Origin: Rubripirellula sp. | Lineage (GTDB): Bacteria; Planctomycetota; Planctomycetia; Pirellulales; Pirellulaceae | Direction: 5' to 3' | Length of the DNA stretch: 64,000 nt | Assembly: GCA_965216875.1 (NCBI GenBank) | Contig: OZ244207.1 | Coordinates: 2,304,001-2,368,000, forward strand | In this document: piece by piece, positions 40,351 through 50,395 of the stretch | Numbering within the stretch: the first letter of the stretch is position 1 | Layout of the letters: the number at the start of each line of letters is the position of its first letter | Translations under genes and position numbers: made by a program | The notes under the pieces: generated by a model | What the model saw: only the letters and a program-made list of their open reading frames with translations | The model's database searches: none | What the model was told of the DNA's origin: nothing

Positions 40351-41543
40351 TCCCGCCGCCCAACCCGCTCGCTCTCTTTCGGATTGGCCCTTTGAGAATC
40401 ATGCAAATCGTTGCCGATGGAACGCCGGGTGGGGGAACGACCAACGTTCTTGCGCTCTGCGAAGACCTCGTCGCAGAAGGGGTGCAAGTCGTCTTTTGCA
40501 GCCAAAAGTCTTCCTACGCCCTCGCGCGAGCGATGGAACTCGGAGTCCACGATGTCGTTGACGGTGTCGACTTCTTTCGTGGCCGCATCGATTCGCGGGT
40601 TAGCACAATGCTGCGCCGAATCCTGTCCGACTTTCGTCCCGACATCATCCATGCCCACGGTGGCCGAGCCGGACTCGGTGTGCTTCGCGCGTCAAACGTC
40701 AACCAGCGAGATCGAATGATCTACACCGTGCGCGGCTACCAGTTCTACCGCAAACCTTGGCCACTACGCTCACTTGCCAAGCTTGCCGAACGCAGGATCA
40801 GCCGCTCTGTCTTCCGCACCGTGCACGTCAGTCAAAACGACCAGCGTGTTGCCATCGAAAACGGCTTCCTGCCCGACTCTACCTGTTCGGTGGTGATCCG
40901 CAATGGACTTCGAATATCAGACATTCTCCAACGCGGCTTGCAAACGCTAGGGGATGGTTCGATCGACCCGCAACCGTTCAAGGAGATCGCGATCCTTGGA
41001 AGATTGACCCAGCCCAAGAACCCGCATCTCGTACTCGACATCGCAAGAGCGCTTCGCGAGGACGGCTTTAAGTTTCATTGGATTGGCTCGGGTGACATGC
41101 ATGATGAAATCACTGGCCGTGCGACACGAGAAAAGATCGACAACATCACGTTCCACGGCGGACAATCACGCGAGAAAGGCTTGGCTCTACTTGCCAAGTG
41201 CGGGACCCTCTTGATGCCAAGTCTTTGGGAAGGCCTACCACTGGCCCCCGTCGAGGCGATGGCCGCGGGTGTCGCCGTCGTCGTCAGCGACATTCCTGGG
41301 AATCGAGAAGTGGTTCGAGACGGCATCGATGGTCGAGTCGTGCAAGGCGGAACAATCGAGGATTACTGTCGAACGTTGAAACAGGTTGTCAGCTCGCTCG
41401 AATCGACCAAAGCAATGATCGACTCGGGTAGACGACGCGTCGAGCAGGAATTCACCCGCGATCGAGTCGTCCGCCAACACCTTGAACTCTACCGCGAGTG
41501 TCTTGACCAACAAATCGCTAGTGGACGAGGCAGCGAGCCCTAG
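40347..41543 (+). CDS. GT4 glycosyltransferase
   Basis: GGGT, PDIIHAHG, GRLTQPKN, PSLWEGLPLAPVEAMA and SDIPG. Alternative start at ATG 40401. Confidence 0.93.
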   Translation: MIPPPNPLALFRIGPLRIMQIVADGTPGGGTTNVLALCEDLVAEGVQVVFCSQKSSYALARAMELGVHDVVDGVDFFRGRIDSRVSTMLRRILSDFRPDIIHAHGGRAGLGVLRASNVNQRDRMIYTVRGYQFYRKPWPLRSLAKLAERRISRSVFRTVHVSQNDQRVAIENGFLPDSTCSVVIRNGLRISDILQRGLQTLGDGSIDPQPFKEIAILGRLTQPKNPHLVLDIARALREDGFKFHWIGSGDMHDEITGRATREKIDNITFHGGQSREKGLALLAKCGTLLMPSLWEGLPLAPVEAMAAGVAVVVSDIPGNREVVRDGIDGRVVQGGTIEDYCRTLKQVVSSLESTKAMIDSGRRRVEQEFTRDRVVRQHLELYRECLDQQIASGRGSEP

Positions 41544-41612
41544 CAGCTACAGGCTGCAGTAGCGCTTCCATCAGCAGGAATCGTTGCCGAGGTTAACGCG
41601 TGCTCTAACAAA

Positions 41613-41636
41613 CACCCTCCCACTTGCGGGAGGGTG
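41613..41636 (-). repeat. Single hairpin of the CCCTCCC repeat family; possible terminator or stabiliser between convergent genes
   Basis: CACCCTCCCA-CTTG-CGGGAGGGTG. Confidence 0.6.
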
Positions 41637-41686
41637 TTAACGTGAGCGATTTCGAAGCCTTTGCTGAACCGAATGAGGACAACGTA

Positions 41687-42628
41687 TTAGGTCTCGTCCG
41701 AGTCACTTTTCTCGTCGTCGCCACTTGGTCCCTGTCCGCGTGGACCTCTGCCGCCAGGGCCCCTCTCTCCGGCTCCCGGTCCGCCGGGACCTCGTCCGCG
41801 ACTTGGCCCACCCAATCCTGAGCGGCCTTGCGGCCCGGGCCCATCGCCACCACGAAAACCGCCACGCATCCACGGTGGACCTTGAGGGCCGCCCTGTGCC
41901 GAAGGTCCTCGGCCGCGTCCCGCCGACGGCCCGCGATCGCGAGTTTCCGATTTCGATTTCGAATCTGTGTTCGCATCGCTTGCGTCTTTCGTATGACCAT
42001 GGTGGCCTCGTGAGCCGTGCGATCCCCTCGATGCCCGGTGACGAGCATGCGAGGCACTATGACGACCATCCGAATCACCGTCGCGTCCACGCGATGCGCG
42101 ATCGCTGTCTTTCGAACTGCCTCGCCGATCATGTGACGATCCGTGAGGACCATGACTCATTCCGCGCGGTCCACGAGCATCACCGCGTCCCTTCGACATC
42201 CAAGGTGGCCCCGACGATCCCCGCCGCGACATTGCGAAACGTGAAGGTCCGCCTTGACGACCGCGGTTTTGCATCCAAGGTGGCCCCGAGAACCGGCCCT
42301 GATGGCGTCCAAGACTCGGGCCGCCCCTGCCTGAGAAACCGCGTGCCGCGAACCCATGTCCCCGTTTGCTTGACTGGCCCCGGCGACTCGATGCGCCCCG
42401 TTCTTTTCCGCGCCGACTGCTCGACGCTGACTTCGCTTTTTGATGAGCGCCGCCGCGTCCGCGATGCCAGGCAGCGCTCCCCTTTCCACCACGAACGCTC
42501 GCCCAATGGGGCTTGCCTTTTTGCTTGCTTGATACCGATTTGTTGCCGCGATGTGGATGCGCCGATGCAACTTCACTGCAGGCAAGGGTCGCGCAAACAC
42601 ACGCGACCAGAATCATTCCTCGAAACAT
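41687..42628 (-). CDS. Secreted Arg/Gly/Ser-rich low-complexity protein with GPPWM repeats
   Basis: Signal peptide MFRGMILVACVCATLACSEVASA-HP; three GPPWM motifs; fills the gap between flanking genes. Confidence 0.7.
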   Translation of the reverse strand: MFRGMILVACVCATLACSEVASAHPHRGNKSVSSKQKGKPHWASVRGGKGSAAWHRGRGGAHQKAKSASSSRRGKERGASSRRGQSSKRGHGFAARGFSGRGGPSLGRHQGRFSGPPWMQNRGRQGGPSRFAMSRRGSSGPPWMSKGRGDARGPRGMSHGPHGSSHDRRGSSKDSDRASRGRDGDSDGRHSASHARHRASRGSHGSRGHHGHTKDASDANTDSKSKSETRDRGPSAGRGRGPSAQGGPQGPPWMRGGFRGGDGPGPQGRSGLGGPSRGRGPGGPGAGERGPGGRGPRGQGPSGDDEKSDSDET

Positions 42629-42787
42629 TTCCCAACGCCTTTGTTGTGTGAGAACAGTGGGCCTACCGATGCGCTTCTGTGATCCTTGCTGCGCTCGCAC
42701 ATAGGCTTTCTACCCGCCGGTGAACTTAGATGGTTCTAAAACACCACGTTCTTGGCTTTGGTTTCGTACTTCACACAAAAATTGTCG

Positions 42788-43810
42788 CTAATTTTCTGAG
42801 CTGACGTTTTCTGAAGTCTTTGACTTTCGGTCGACTTCCGCCGCCAGCTCTTCCTTGATCGCCTCCAACACCCAGGGGTCGGGCACGTTCTCTTTCCCAG
42901 TTACGAGAAACGCGAAGTTGTCAGCGAGAATCTCTTCGGGGTGAACGATATAGCGAGTGTTCCTACCAATCTGGCGTTTGAAGTCAGGAAAATAGGGTCG
43001 ATGCAAAATGGGTTTCCCTTCCTTCAAGTTAGCCACCACTTGTTTGCCAACGATCTCCTTCACCTCCAGCAACCGAAACTCCATTGTCGAGAAAAGACTC
43101 ATGCCTCGATTCGCGTCATATTCGCGTTCTGAGAAGACAACCGGCGCGACCGTGATCTTCTTGTCACCTTCCATTTTGATGTCCATCACGTGCGCGATCG
43201 TTGGCGCATCTGGGTTGGTAAGCTTCAACTCCTTCATCGCATCGGGAAAGGTAAACCCGCGACGGTAGAAACCGATCCTCTTGTAAAGTGCATCGCGCAT
43301 GTCGGGATGATGCCTCGAGAGAACGTGAAACAACTCGTGCGCCATCACACTTCGTTTACGTCGATCCGATGTGCCGACTTCACCGGGCGGTAAGATGATC
43401 GCGTTACTTCGCGTGTAGGCCGCTCCGGCTTCTTCACTTCCGTCGGTGTGCACAATCAGGATCTTCTCCATCGTTGGCATCTTGAGTTCGCCAAGCCTTT
43501 CTGAAATGTCCCCGAGTGCATTGGCGATCGAATCCCTGGCATCCTTTGGCCAATCGCGCGCCGCCTGGGCGGCAAATCCCAGGTACGCGTCGCGCCCCGG
43601 ATCCTCGACCGATTGCATTCTCACTTGACGATCAAAAAGACTCATTTGCTTGACGTATTCGTCCTCGCGACCGAGGACGTCGCTGCCTTGCTTGGCGGTC
43701 GCAAATTCGAACAAAAACGGACCGACTTGAACGGTGTCCGCCGCCCGAATTCCGTGCGGCAGGAGCGTGGTCAACGCCAGAGAGAAAAAGAAAACTCGGA
43801 ACAAAAACAT
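42788..43810 (-). CDS. Secreted HEXXH zinc-metallopeptidase-like protein
   Basis: Signal peptide; AYTR...MAHELFH; HPEEILADNF. Confidence 0.75.
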   Translation of the reverse strand: MFLFRVFFFSLALTTLLPHGIRAADTVQVGPFLFEFATAKQGSDVLGREDEYVKQMSLFDRQVRMQSVEDPGRDAYLGFAAQAARDWPKDARDSIANALGDISERLGELKMPTMEKILIVHTDGSEEAGAAYTRSNAIILPPGEVGTSDRRKRSVMAHELFHVLSRHHPDMRDALYKRIGFYRRGFTFPDAMKELKLTNPDAPTIAHVMDIKMEGDKKITVAPVVFSEREYDANRGMSLFSTMEFRLLEVKEIVGKQVVANLKEGKPILHRPYFPDFKRQIGRNTRYIVHPEEILADNFAFLVTGKENVPDPWVLEAIKEELAAEVDRKSKTSENVSSEN

Positions 43811-43948
43811 GGGGTCAGCGCCGTTGCGTTAGAAACTTCCTTTACCGATTGCGCCCTCAGGCTATCAGATCTGTGCCAGGAAGGGGTCCGTTTTTGACGC
43901 GTCAGTTATGATGGGACTCGAACAAGGAGCACGGTTTTGTTGGAGACA

Positions 43949-44674
43949 ATGCACTTGAGTGAACAACTCGCTGTCCTGCGCGAATGTGCCGATCGAATTG
44001 AAGCAGAAACGATTCGCATCCGGCTTGAGTCTGACGACATTCGCGTTTTCATCACTGGCACGGATGCAGCCACAGCGCTCGGGCTCGGTGGCGCCGGGAC
44101 GAATCGCCTCGTCCGCGTCGAAGTCCCCGAGAGTGAACTGGTGCGCGCACACGAGTTGCTGCTGGCGGACGAAATGCGCATGGTCGAACAAGGTCCATGG
44201 ATCTGCGGGCGCTGCCGGGAAGACAACGACGCGTCGTTTGACATCTGCTGGAGCTGCGCCAAACCAAGGCAGGAAAGTGACCAACAAGGGCGCCGAGCGG
44301 ATCAGACCAAACCAGTCCCTGCCGCCGGGTTCGCGGAAACGCAGACCGAAGAGGAAACGGTCGCCGTCCTCGATCGCAATCCCTATTCACCAACACACCT
44401 CGCCGAAACCGCGACGCGAACGAAAGAAGAACCTGACTACGAAGAGCATGCTGAGGAGAATCGGGCAAATGTTCGTCGCGCGCTGCTTTCGTCCGTGATG
44501 GGCGTGATGATCCTGATCCCCTTGATCAGCTTCTATTCGATCTTTCTACTTTGCCGAGTGGCTGGCACGGGAGCCTACCGCGATCCTGAGCTGAGCGGGC
44601 GATGCTGGATCGCATGGGGCGTCAATTTCTTGGCGTTGGGCGTTCAAGCGTTCGTCTTTCTCGGCATCGGCTAG
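43949..44674 (+). CDS. DUF2007-like domain plus CxxC-x10-CxxC zinc finger, membrane-anchored
   Basis: EAETIRIRLESDDI...VRVEV..AHELL; WICGRCREDNDASFDICWSC; NPYSP; C-terminal TM helices. Confidence 0.75.
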   Translation: MHLSEQLAVLRECADRIEAETIRIRLESDDIRVFITGTDAATALGLGGAGTNRLVRVEVPESELVRAHELLLADEMRMVEQGPWICGRCREDNDASFDICWSCAKPRQESDQQGRRADQTKPVPAAGFAETQTEEETVAVLDRNPYSPTHLAETATRTKEEPDYEEHAEENRANVRRALLSSVMGVMILIPLISFYSIFLLCRVAGTGAYRDPELSGRCWIAWGVNFLALGVQAFVFLGIG

Positions 44675-44757
44675 CAACTGGCCTTTCGCTTCACGCAACA
44701 CTCTACGCTTTGGCGAGCGCAGCTAGCTCCGCCGGTGGTCCCGACGCTGGGCTCTCA

Positions 44758-44885
44758 CCGTTCGTAGTACCGAGCTTTAGCCGGAATCTCCTCGTCACGA
44801 AGATCGGGGACGCAGAGCGTCCCATGTGTCCGTTACCACGCAGAGCGTGGTAACGAGGGAGGCCTAAAGGCTCTACTACAAACGG
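44758..44885. repeat. Nested REP-like elements
   Basis: Outer GTAGTACCGAGCTTTAGCC / GGCCTAAAGGCTCTACTAC pair encloses two ACGCAGAGCGT-centred hairpins. Confidence 0.75.
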
Positions 44886-44916
44886 CGCGATCAACGTAGC
44901 GACGGCGCGATCGAAG

Positions 44917-46014
44917 CTAGATGATCAACATCGCATCGCCGTAACTGTAAAACCGATACTCTTGCGCGATCGCGGTTCGGTAGGCGTGAAGCGCCAGGTC
45001 GCGTGAAGCGAACGCGCTGACGAGCACCAAGAGCGAACTCTTGGGAAGATGAAAGTTGGTCATCAGGGCGTCGACCGCATTGAACTGGTACGGCGGACGT
45101 ATGAAGAGATCGGTTAGGCCTGTCCATGGCTGTAGCTCGCCACCCGACGCGGCACACGCACTTTCCAAAACACGAACGCTTGTGGTCCCCACAGCAACGC
45201 AGCGACCTCCGCCCGCGCGGCGTTCTCGAATTTGATCGACTGTGATTGAATCGATTTGCCCCCACTCTTCGTGCATCTCGTGCTGGTCAAGTGAATCGGT
45301 TTGGATCGGGCGAAAGGTACCAATCCCGACATGAAGCGTCACTTCACAGGTCGCCGTTTGACCTTTTCGAATGCTCTCAAGAAGCGAGTCGGTGAAATGC
45401 AGGCCAGCTGTCGGCGCCGCAACACTGCCGCGTTGTTTCGCAAAGACTGTTTGGTAGCTGGCGATATCCGAGTCGACCATTTGGCCATCGCGAATGTAGG
45501 GCGGCAAAGGAATCCGTCCATACCGCTGTAACCAATCGGCTGGTTCAACAAGATCATCGGTGCTTTCGTTCTCATGCGGGACATAGTTGTCCGGCATCTG
45601 CGGAGTCACCAATAGCTTTCCGTCATCCGTGCGCGCGACCACAAGCAACTGCATACTATCTCGCGCGTTGCGATCTTGGATCGTGATCGTCTCGCCCGCT
45701 TTCAGCTTGCCCCGAGTCTTGGTCAGCACTTCCCAAATGCCGCTTTCTCGATCAGCGCGTAGAAAAAGCCCTTGCCAGCGCCCCTTGGTTTCCGTGCGAT
45801 ACCCGACCAATCGAGCCGGGACCACCTTGCTGTTGTTCATCACCAAGGCATCATCGGCCCGCAAGAGATCGGGAAGATCCCGAACGTGATAGTGGTCGAT
45901 GGTTTCGGTCGCCCGATCCACCAGCATCAACCGCGCGTCACTGCGGACGGGCAACGGGTCTTGTGCAATCAGGTTTCGGGGCAGGTCGTAGTCGTAGGCA
46001 TCCAGCTCGTTCAT
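44917..46014 (-). CDS. queA: S-adenosylmethionine:tRNA ribosyltransferase-isomerase
   Basis: LIAQDP, NNSKVVPARL, PLPPYI, YQTVFA, VAAPTAGLHF, LHVGIGTF, NFHLPKS and YSYGDAM. Confidence 0.98.
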   Translation of the reverse strand: MNELDAYDYDLPRNLIAQDPLPVRSDARLMLVDRATETIDHYHVRDLPDLLRADDALVMNNSKVVPARLVGYRTETKGRWQGLFLRADRESGIWEVLTKTRGKLKAGETITIQDRNARDSMQLLVVARTDDGKLLVTPQMPDNYVPHENESTDDLVEPADWLQRYGRIPLPPYIRDGQMVDSDIASYQTVFAKQRGSVAAPTAGLHFTDSLLESIRKGQTATCEVTLHVGIGTFRPIQTDSLDQHEMHEEWGQIDSITVDQIRERRAGGGRCVAVGTTSVRVLESACAASGGELQPWTGLTDLFIRPPYQFNAVDALMTNFHLPKSSLLVLVSAFASRDLALHAYRTAIAQEYRFYSYGDAMLII

Positions 46015-46091
46015 CGCCAAAGTCTAGCAACTCGGCCCAATATTCTAGAGGGGCCCAACCGCGGGCCTACGTAAAACCAAACAACTTCCGA

Positions 46092-46421
46092 CTACGGACG
46101 TGGGTATTTTTCGGCGTTGCGAATCATCTTGGCTTTCAAGGCACTCGAAACATCGATTTCCATCGTATTTGCGAGCGCGAGGATGTACGACAAGCAATCG
46201 GCCAGCTCCTCTTCGACCTCGTGCTTCTTCGCCGGATCCTCGCCGACCGCTTGACACTCCTCGGGCGTCAACCACTGAAAGTGCTCCATCAACTCCCCCA
46301 CCTCGATCGCAAGCGACATGGTCAGATTCTTGGGGGTGTGGAATTGACGCCAATTTCGCTCATCAACGAACGTTTGCACGACTCCCCGCAGCTCGGAAAC
46401 GGTGGTCGATTCGTCAGACAT
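46092..46421 (-). CDS. MazG-like nucleotide pyrophosphohydrolase (DCTPP1-like)
   Basis: ERNWRQFHTPKNL..EVGELMEHFQW, EELADC and KMIRNAEKYP. Confidence 0.93.
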   Translation of the reverse strand: MSDESTTVSELRGVVQTFVDERNWRQFHTPKNLTMSLAIEVGELMEHFQWLTPEECQAVGEDPAKKHEVEEELADCLSYILALANTMEIDVSSALKAKMIRNAEKYPRP

Positions 46422-46683
46422 TGAGGCCTTCGGGGGATTCGAGAATGTGATCAGGCGGGATGAGGCCTGTGGGCATACAGCCGACACCCTAACGAGTGAG
46501 TCCCGGGCAAATTCACCGTAGATTCACCGCGAATTCGCAAACGGGCTCCAAATGATGCCAGGTCGGCGAACCGGGAGATCTATTGTACGGTGTTGTACCG
46601 AAGAGCAAGGGTCGCCTCGTCCTCGCGCCCCATTGCCACGAGAAATTGACCAACTGCCAAACATCGAGATCTGAAACGAATTC

Positions 46684-48117
46684 ATGCCACGTGACTTTTT
46701 GAAAGGTGCTGCGGACGAATATGACGTCATCGTGATTGGCAGCGGGTTGGCCGGAATGACGTCGGCTAACATTCTCGGCCGCGCTGGCCACCGCGTGCTG
46801 CTGCTTGAACAGCACTACAAACTCGGTGGCTTAGCAACTTGGTTCCTGCGTCCCGGAGGCCACATCTTTGACATTTCGTTGCACGGCTTTCCGCACGGGA
46901 TGGTCAAGTCATGTCGCCGCTACTGGAACCGCGACATCGCTGACCGAATCGTCCAGCTAAAAAACATTCGCTTCGATAACCCACAGTTCTCGCTAACGAC
47001 AACGTTCAATCGCGAGGACTTTACGCGGTTGCTTACCACCGACTTCGGTATCGAACCCGCAACGGTAAACGACTTTTTTGATACCGCGCGGGGAATGAAT
47101 TTCTACGACGATCAAACCACCACCACGCGTCAACTTTTTGACCGCTTCTTTCCTGGGCGTGACGATGTCGTTCGGTTGTTGATGGAACCGATCACCTATG
47201 CCAACGGATCCACACTCGAAGACCCAGCGATCACCTACGGAATCGTTTTTAGTAACTTCATGAGCAAAGGAGTCTTCATCTACGAAGGCGGCACCGAAGA
47301 CCTGGTTGCCCGGATGAAGAAGGAACTCGAATCAAACAACGTTGACATTCGCATCAATTGCCCCGTCGAAAAGATCCATGTCAAAGACGGACGGGTTGCC
47401 TCGGTTGATGTGGGCGGACGCAATATCCGTTGCAAAGCGATTGTTAGTAACGCAAATTTGCGATCCACCGTGCTGAACATGCTCGGTTCGGAAGTGCTCG
47501 ATAATGACTACGTCGAGCGCACCAACGATGTGCGACTCAATAACAGCAGCACTCAGGTCTACATGGCGCTGAAACCTGGCGAAGAGATCGACGAATCCTC
47601 GGGCGACCTCTTCTTTACCAGCACGGCAAACGAATTCCGCACCGACCTCCTGCTGAGTCGTGACATCACTAGCCGCACGTTTAGTTTCTACTATCCGAGA
47701 ACTCGGCCAACGAAAAAGAAACGGTTTGCAATCGTCAGTAGCACCAATGCGAACTGGTCGGATTGGGCCGACCTCAATGAAGAGGACTACAAGGCGAGCA
47801 AGGAAGATTTGGTTCAGACGACCATCGATGCGCTCGAGAAATACATCCCCGGCGTGCGGGACAAAATCGAGCACGCGGAAGCCGCGACGCCTTGCACGTT
47901 CAACCACTACACGCGACACGAACTCGGCGCGAGCTTTGGAACCAAATTCGAAGGACTCGCCGTCAGCCGCGAATTGCCCCAACAGGTCGGCGGAATGTAC
48001 CACGCAGGTAGCGTGGGGATCATCATGAGTGGCTGGCTCGGAGCGATCAATTATGGCGTGATCGTATCGAACGAAGTCGACGGCATGCTGACGGCCCAAA
48101 GCGCACACACGCCGTAA
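46684..48117 (+). CDS. Phytoene desaturase-family FAD-dependent oxidoreductase
   Basis: [28 protein letters not shown] and SGWLGA. Confidence 0.88.
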   Translation: MPRDFLKGAADEYDVIVIGSGLAGMTSANILGRAGHRVLLLEQHYKLGGLATWFLRPGGHIFDISLHGFPHGMVKSCRRYWNRDIADRIVQLKNIRFDNPQFSLTTTFNREDFTRLLTTDFGIEPATVNDFFDTARGMNFYDDQTTTTRQLFDRFFPGRDDVVRLLMEPITYANGSTLEDPAITYGIVFSNFMSKGVFIYEGGTEDLVARMKKELESNNVDIRINCPVEKIHVKDGRVASVDVGGRNIRCKAIVSNANLRSTVLNMLGSEVLDNDYVERTNDVRLNNSSTQVYMALKPGEEIDESSGDLFFTSTANEFRTDLLLSRDITSRTFSFYYPRTRPTKKKRFAIVSSTNANWSDWADLNEEDYKASKEDLVQTTIDALEKYIPGVRDKIEHAEAATPCTFNHYTRHELGASFGTKFEGLAVSRELPQQVGGMYHAGSVGIIMSGWLGAINYGVIVSNEVDGMLTAQSAHTP

Positions 48118-48169
48118 GTGGACGCGGTTTGTGAGCGAGCCGCTGGCACTAGGCTTCGAAACTACGCAC

Positions 48170-48285
48170 GTTAGCACTCTCCCTTGGGAGAGTCGGGCTC
48201 TAAGGCCCGGAGAGGGTTTGTGTTGTAGGAACCATTCCCTCCCCGGACTTTGCGTCCGACCCTCCCGCAAGCGGGAGGGTGATTG
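48170..48285 (+). repeat. 116-bp multi-hairpin intergenic repeat, copy 2
   Basis: Near-identical to 15513-15628. Confidence 0.9.
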
Positions 48286-48914
48286 GTCGAGCGTTACCGC
48301 GTTGGGCTGAGGAGTCGCGTGTTTTTTTGCGCAAACGTCGCCTCGTTATCCTCAGTAAGGCCTACGAGCCCATCTTCCGTACAAGCGTTCACTAAACCGC
48401 ACCGCACCACCCCTCTTCCGAACACACCAGCAACACCCGCATGGGCTAATTGCGGCACTTTCTTGATCGTATTGAGTACAGGTCAGGGTGCATTGCGTTC
48501 ACGTTGCGACCAGCCAATGCCGATGAACAAGCCTGATCGTTAAGGTTCCTACAACCGGTTCGGTTTGACGCTTGCATTGCTGGCGGGTAACCTACCCGTC
48601 GCTGTGAAGGTGCTTAGGGAGATGACTCCGACTAAGCTAGAACCTTTACTTCGATCATCCCCCCAACACCCGATGCATGACTCGAAACGCTACACGCGGA
48701 TTTCAAGCCACATTGGGCCCCGCCTTAAAACGTTGCCTTGTCGTCCTAAGTCGTCCTTTTGGCGATAGCAACATCCTCAAATTCGAGACTCGTTTGAAAA
48801 CCAACTTTCAACAGCTCGTATTTCATCAACCAGCAGGTCGCCAACGAAAAGCGTGGGCTGACCTTACAACCATCGCTCACGTTTGACGGTAACAATCACG
48901 GGAGATTTACAGGC

Positions 48915-50219
48915 ATGCGTTGTCACGGAAACCCATTTGGCCGACGAGGATTCCTCGCCGCAGGAGCTTTCGGTGGACTCGGAATCTCATTGCCCCAGCT
49001 TCTATGGATGGAGCAAGCGGCCGCCGAGCAAAAACACTACGACTTCATCGAGGCGAAAGCCAAGAGCGTGATCCATATCTACCTTCCTGGTGGAATGGCT
49101 CATCAAGAAAGTTGGGACCCCAAACCCTACAGCCCGCTCGAATACCGCGGCGAAATGAAACCTGTGAAAACCAACACAGGTGAAATCTTCTGCGAATCGA
49201 TTCCCAAGCTCTCAAAGATCGCTGACAAACTTTGCGTCATTCGTTCGATGACGCATGGCGAAGCGGCTCACGAGCGCGGCACCCACAACATGTTCACTGG
49301 CTACAAGCCAAGCCCCGCCCTGAAGTACCCCAGCTTTGGTGCAGTGGTCAGCCACGAATACGGTCCTCGGGACAACATGCCGCCGTATGTTTGCATTCCA
49401 AACCAACCGAACGAGTTCGCCGGCACCGGCTACCTCAGTTCATCGTTTGGCCCCTTCTCGTTGGGAAGTGACCCTGCCAGCAATGGTTTCAAGGTTCGCG
49501 ACCTCGACCTCTACAGCGGCGTTGATCAAGAACGATTTGCACGTCGTCAATCGGCCCTCGCATCGGTCAACAAGAAGTTTGGCACGGTAACCAACTCTGA
49601 CAATGTGTCGGCGATGGATACCTTCTACGAGCGAGCCTACAACTTGCTCAGCAGCCAAGAAGCAAAGGTCGCATTCGACCTGAGCAAAGAAGACGACAAG
49701 ATGAAAGACGCGTACGGCAAGAATCAAGCCGGCCAGCGTCTCCTGATGGCTCGTCGACTGGTCGAAGCAGGTTGCCGCTTGGTCACCTTGACCTACGGTG
49801 GCTGGGACATGCACCAGGGGATCACCGCTGCGATGAATCGCACGATGCCACCTCTGGATCAAGCGCTCAGCAAGTTGATCACCGATTTGGACGAACGCGG
49901 AATGCTGGACAGCACGCTGGTCATGGTCAGCAGCGAGTTTGGCCGCACGCCAAAGATCAACAAAGACGCAGGTCGTGATCACTATCCAAAGGTCTTCAGC
50001 GTCATGCTTGCCGGTGGCGGCATTAAGGGCGGCACCATTTACGGTTCGTCCAACGCAACCGCTTCCGAGCCTGAGTTTGATCCCGTTGGCCCCGAGGATC
50101 TGGCAACCACGATGTATCACCAAATGGGCATCGTTGCTGACAAGGAACTGATGGCACCTGGCGACCGCCCCATCGAGATCGTCGATGGCGGCAAAGTGCT
50201 GACCGACATCATCGCCTAG
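48915..50219 (+). CDS. DUF1501 family protein (Tat-like signal)
   Basis: GRRGFL, LPGGMAHQESWDPKP, ARRLVEAG, GWDMH, SEFGRTP and RDHYP. Confidence 0.95.
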   Translation: MRCHGNPFGRRGFLAAGAFGGLGISLPQLLWMEQAAAEQKHYDFIEAKAKSVIHIYLPGGMAHQESWDPKPYSPLEYRGEMKPVKTNTGEIFCESIPKLSKIADKLCVIRSMTHGEAAHERGTHNMFTGYKPSPALKYPSFGAVVSHEYGPRDNMPPYVCIPNQPNEFAGTGYLSSSFGPFSLGSDPASNGFKVRDLDLYSGVDQERFARRQSALASVNKKFGTVTNSDNVSAMDTFYERAYNLLSSQEAKVAFDLSKEDDKMKDAYGKNQAGQRLLMARRLVEAGCRLVTLTYGGWDMHQGITAAMNRTMPPLDQALSKLITDLDERGMLDSTLVMVSSEFGRTPKINKDAGRDHYPKVFSVMLAGGGIKGGTIYGSSNATASEPEFDPVGPEDLATTMYHQMGIVADKELMAPGDRPIEIVDGGKVLTDIIA

Positions 50220-50395
50220 TGCGATGGAAGTGAGACCGCGCGGGGGGATTTCCGCGCGGGATTTGGGAATCGTCTCACGGAAGACATCCGTCCTCGATTC
50301 AGATCTGACTTCGATTTGAACTAGGACCTGGGGCTTCCGTGAATCGAATCCCGCCAGACAACCCCAATGCCTCCAATCGCAAAATCCCTTCACTC

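Noticed and set aside
41725..42651. 308-aa + strand ORF opposite the RG-rich gene
   Set aside because: No signal peptide or motif. The - strand frame has a signal peptide and coherent repeats.
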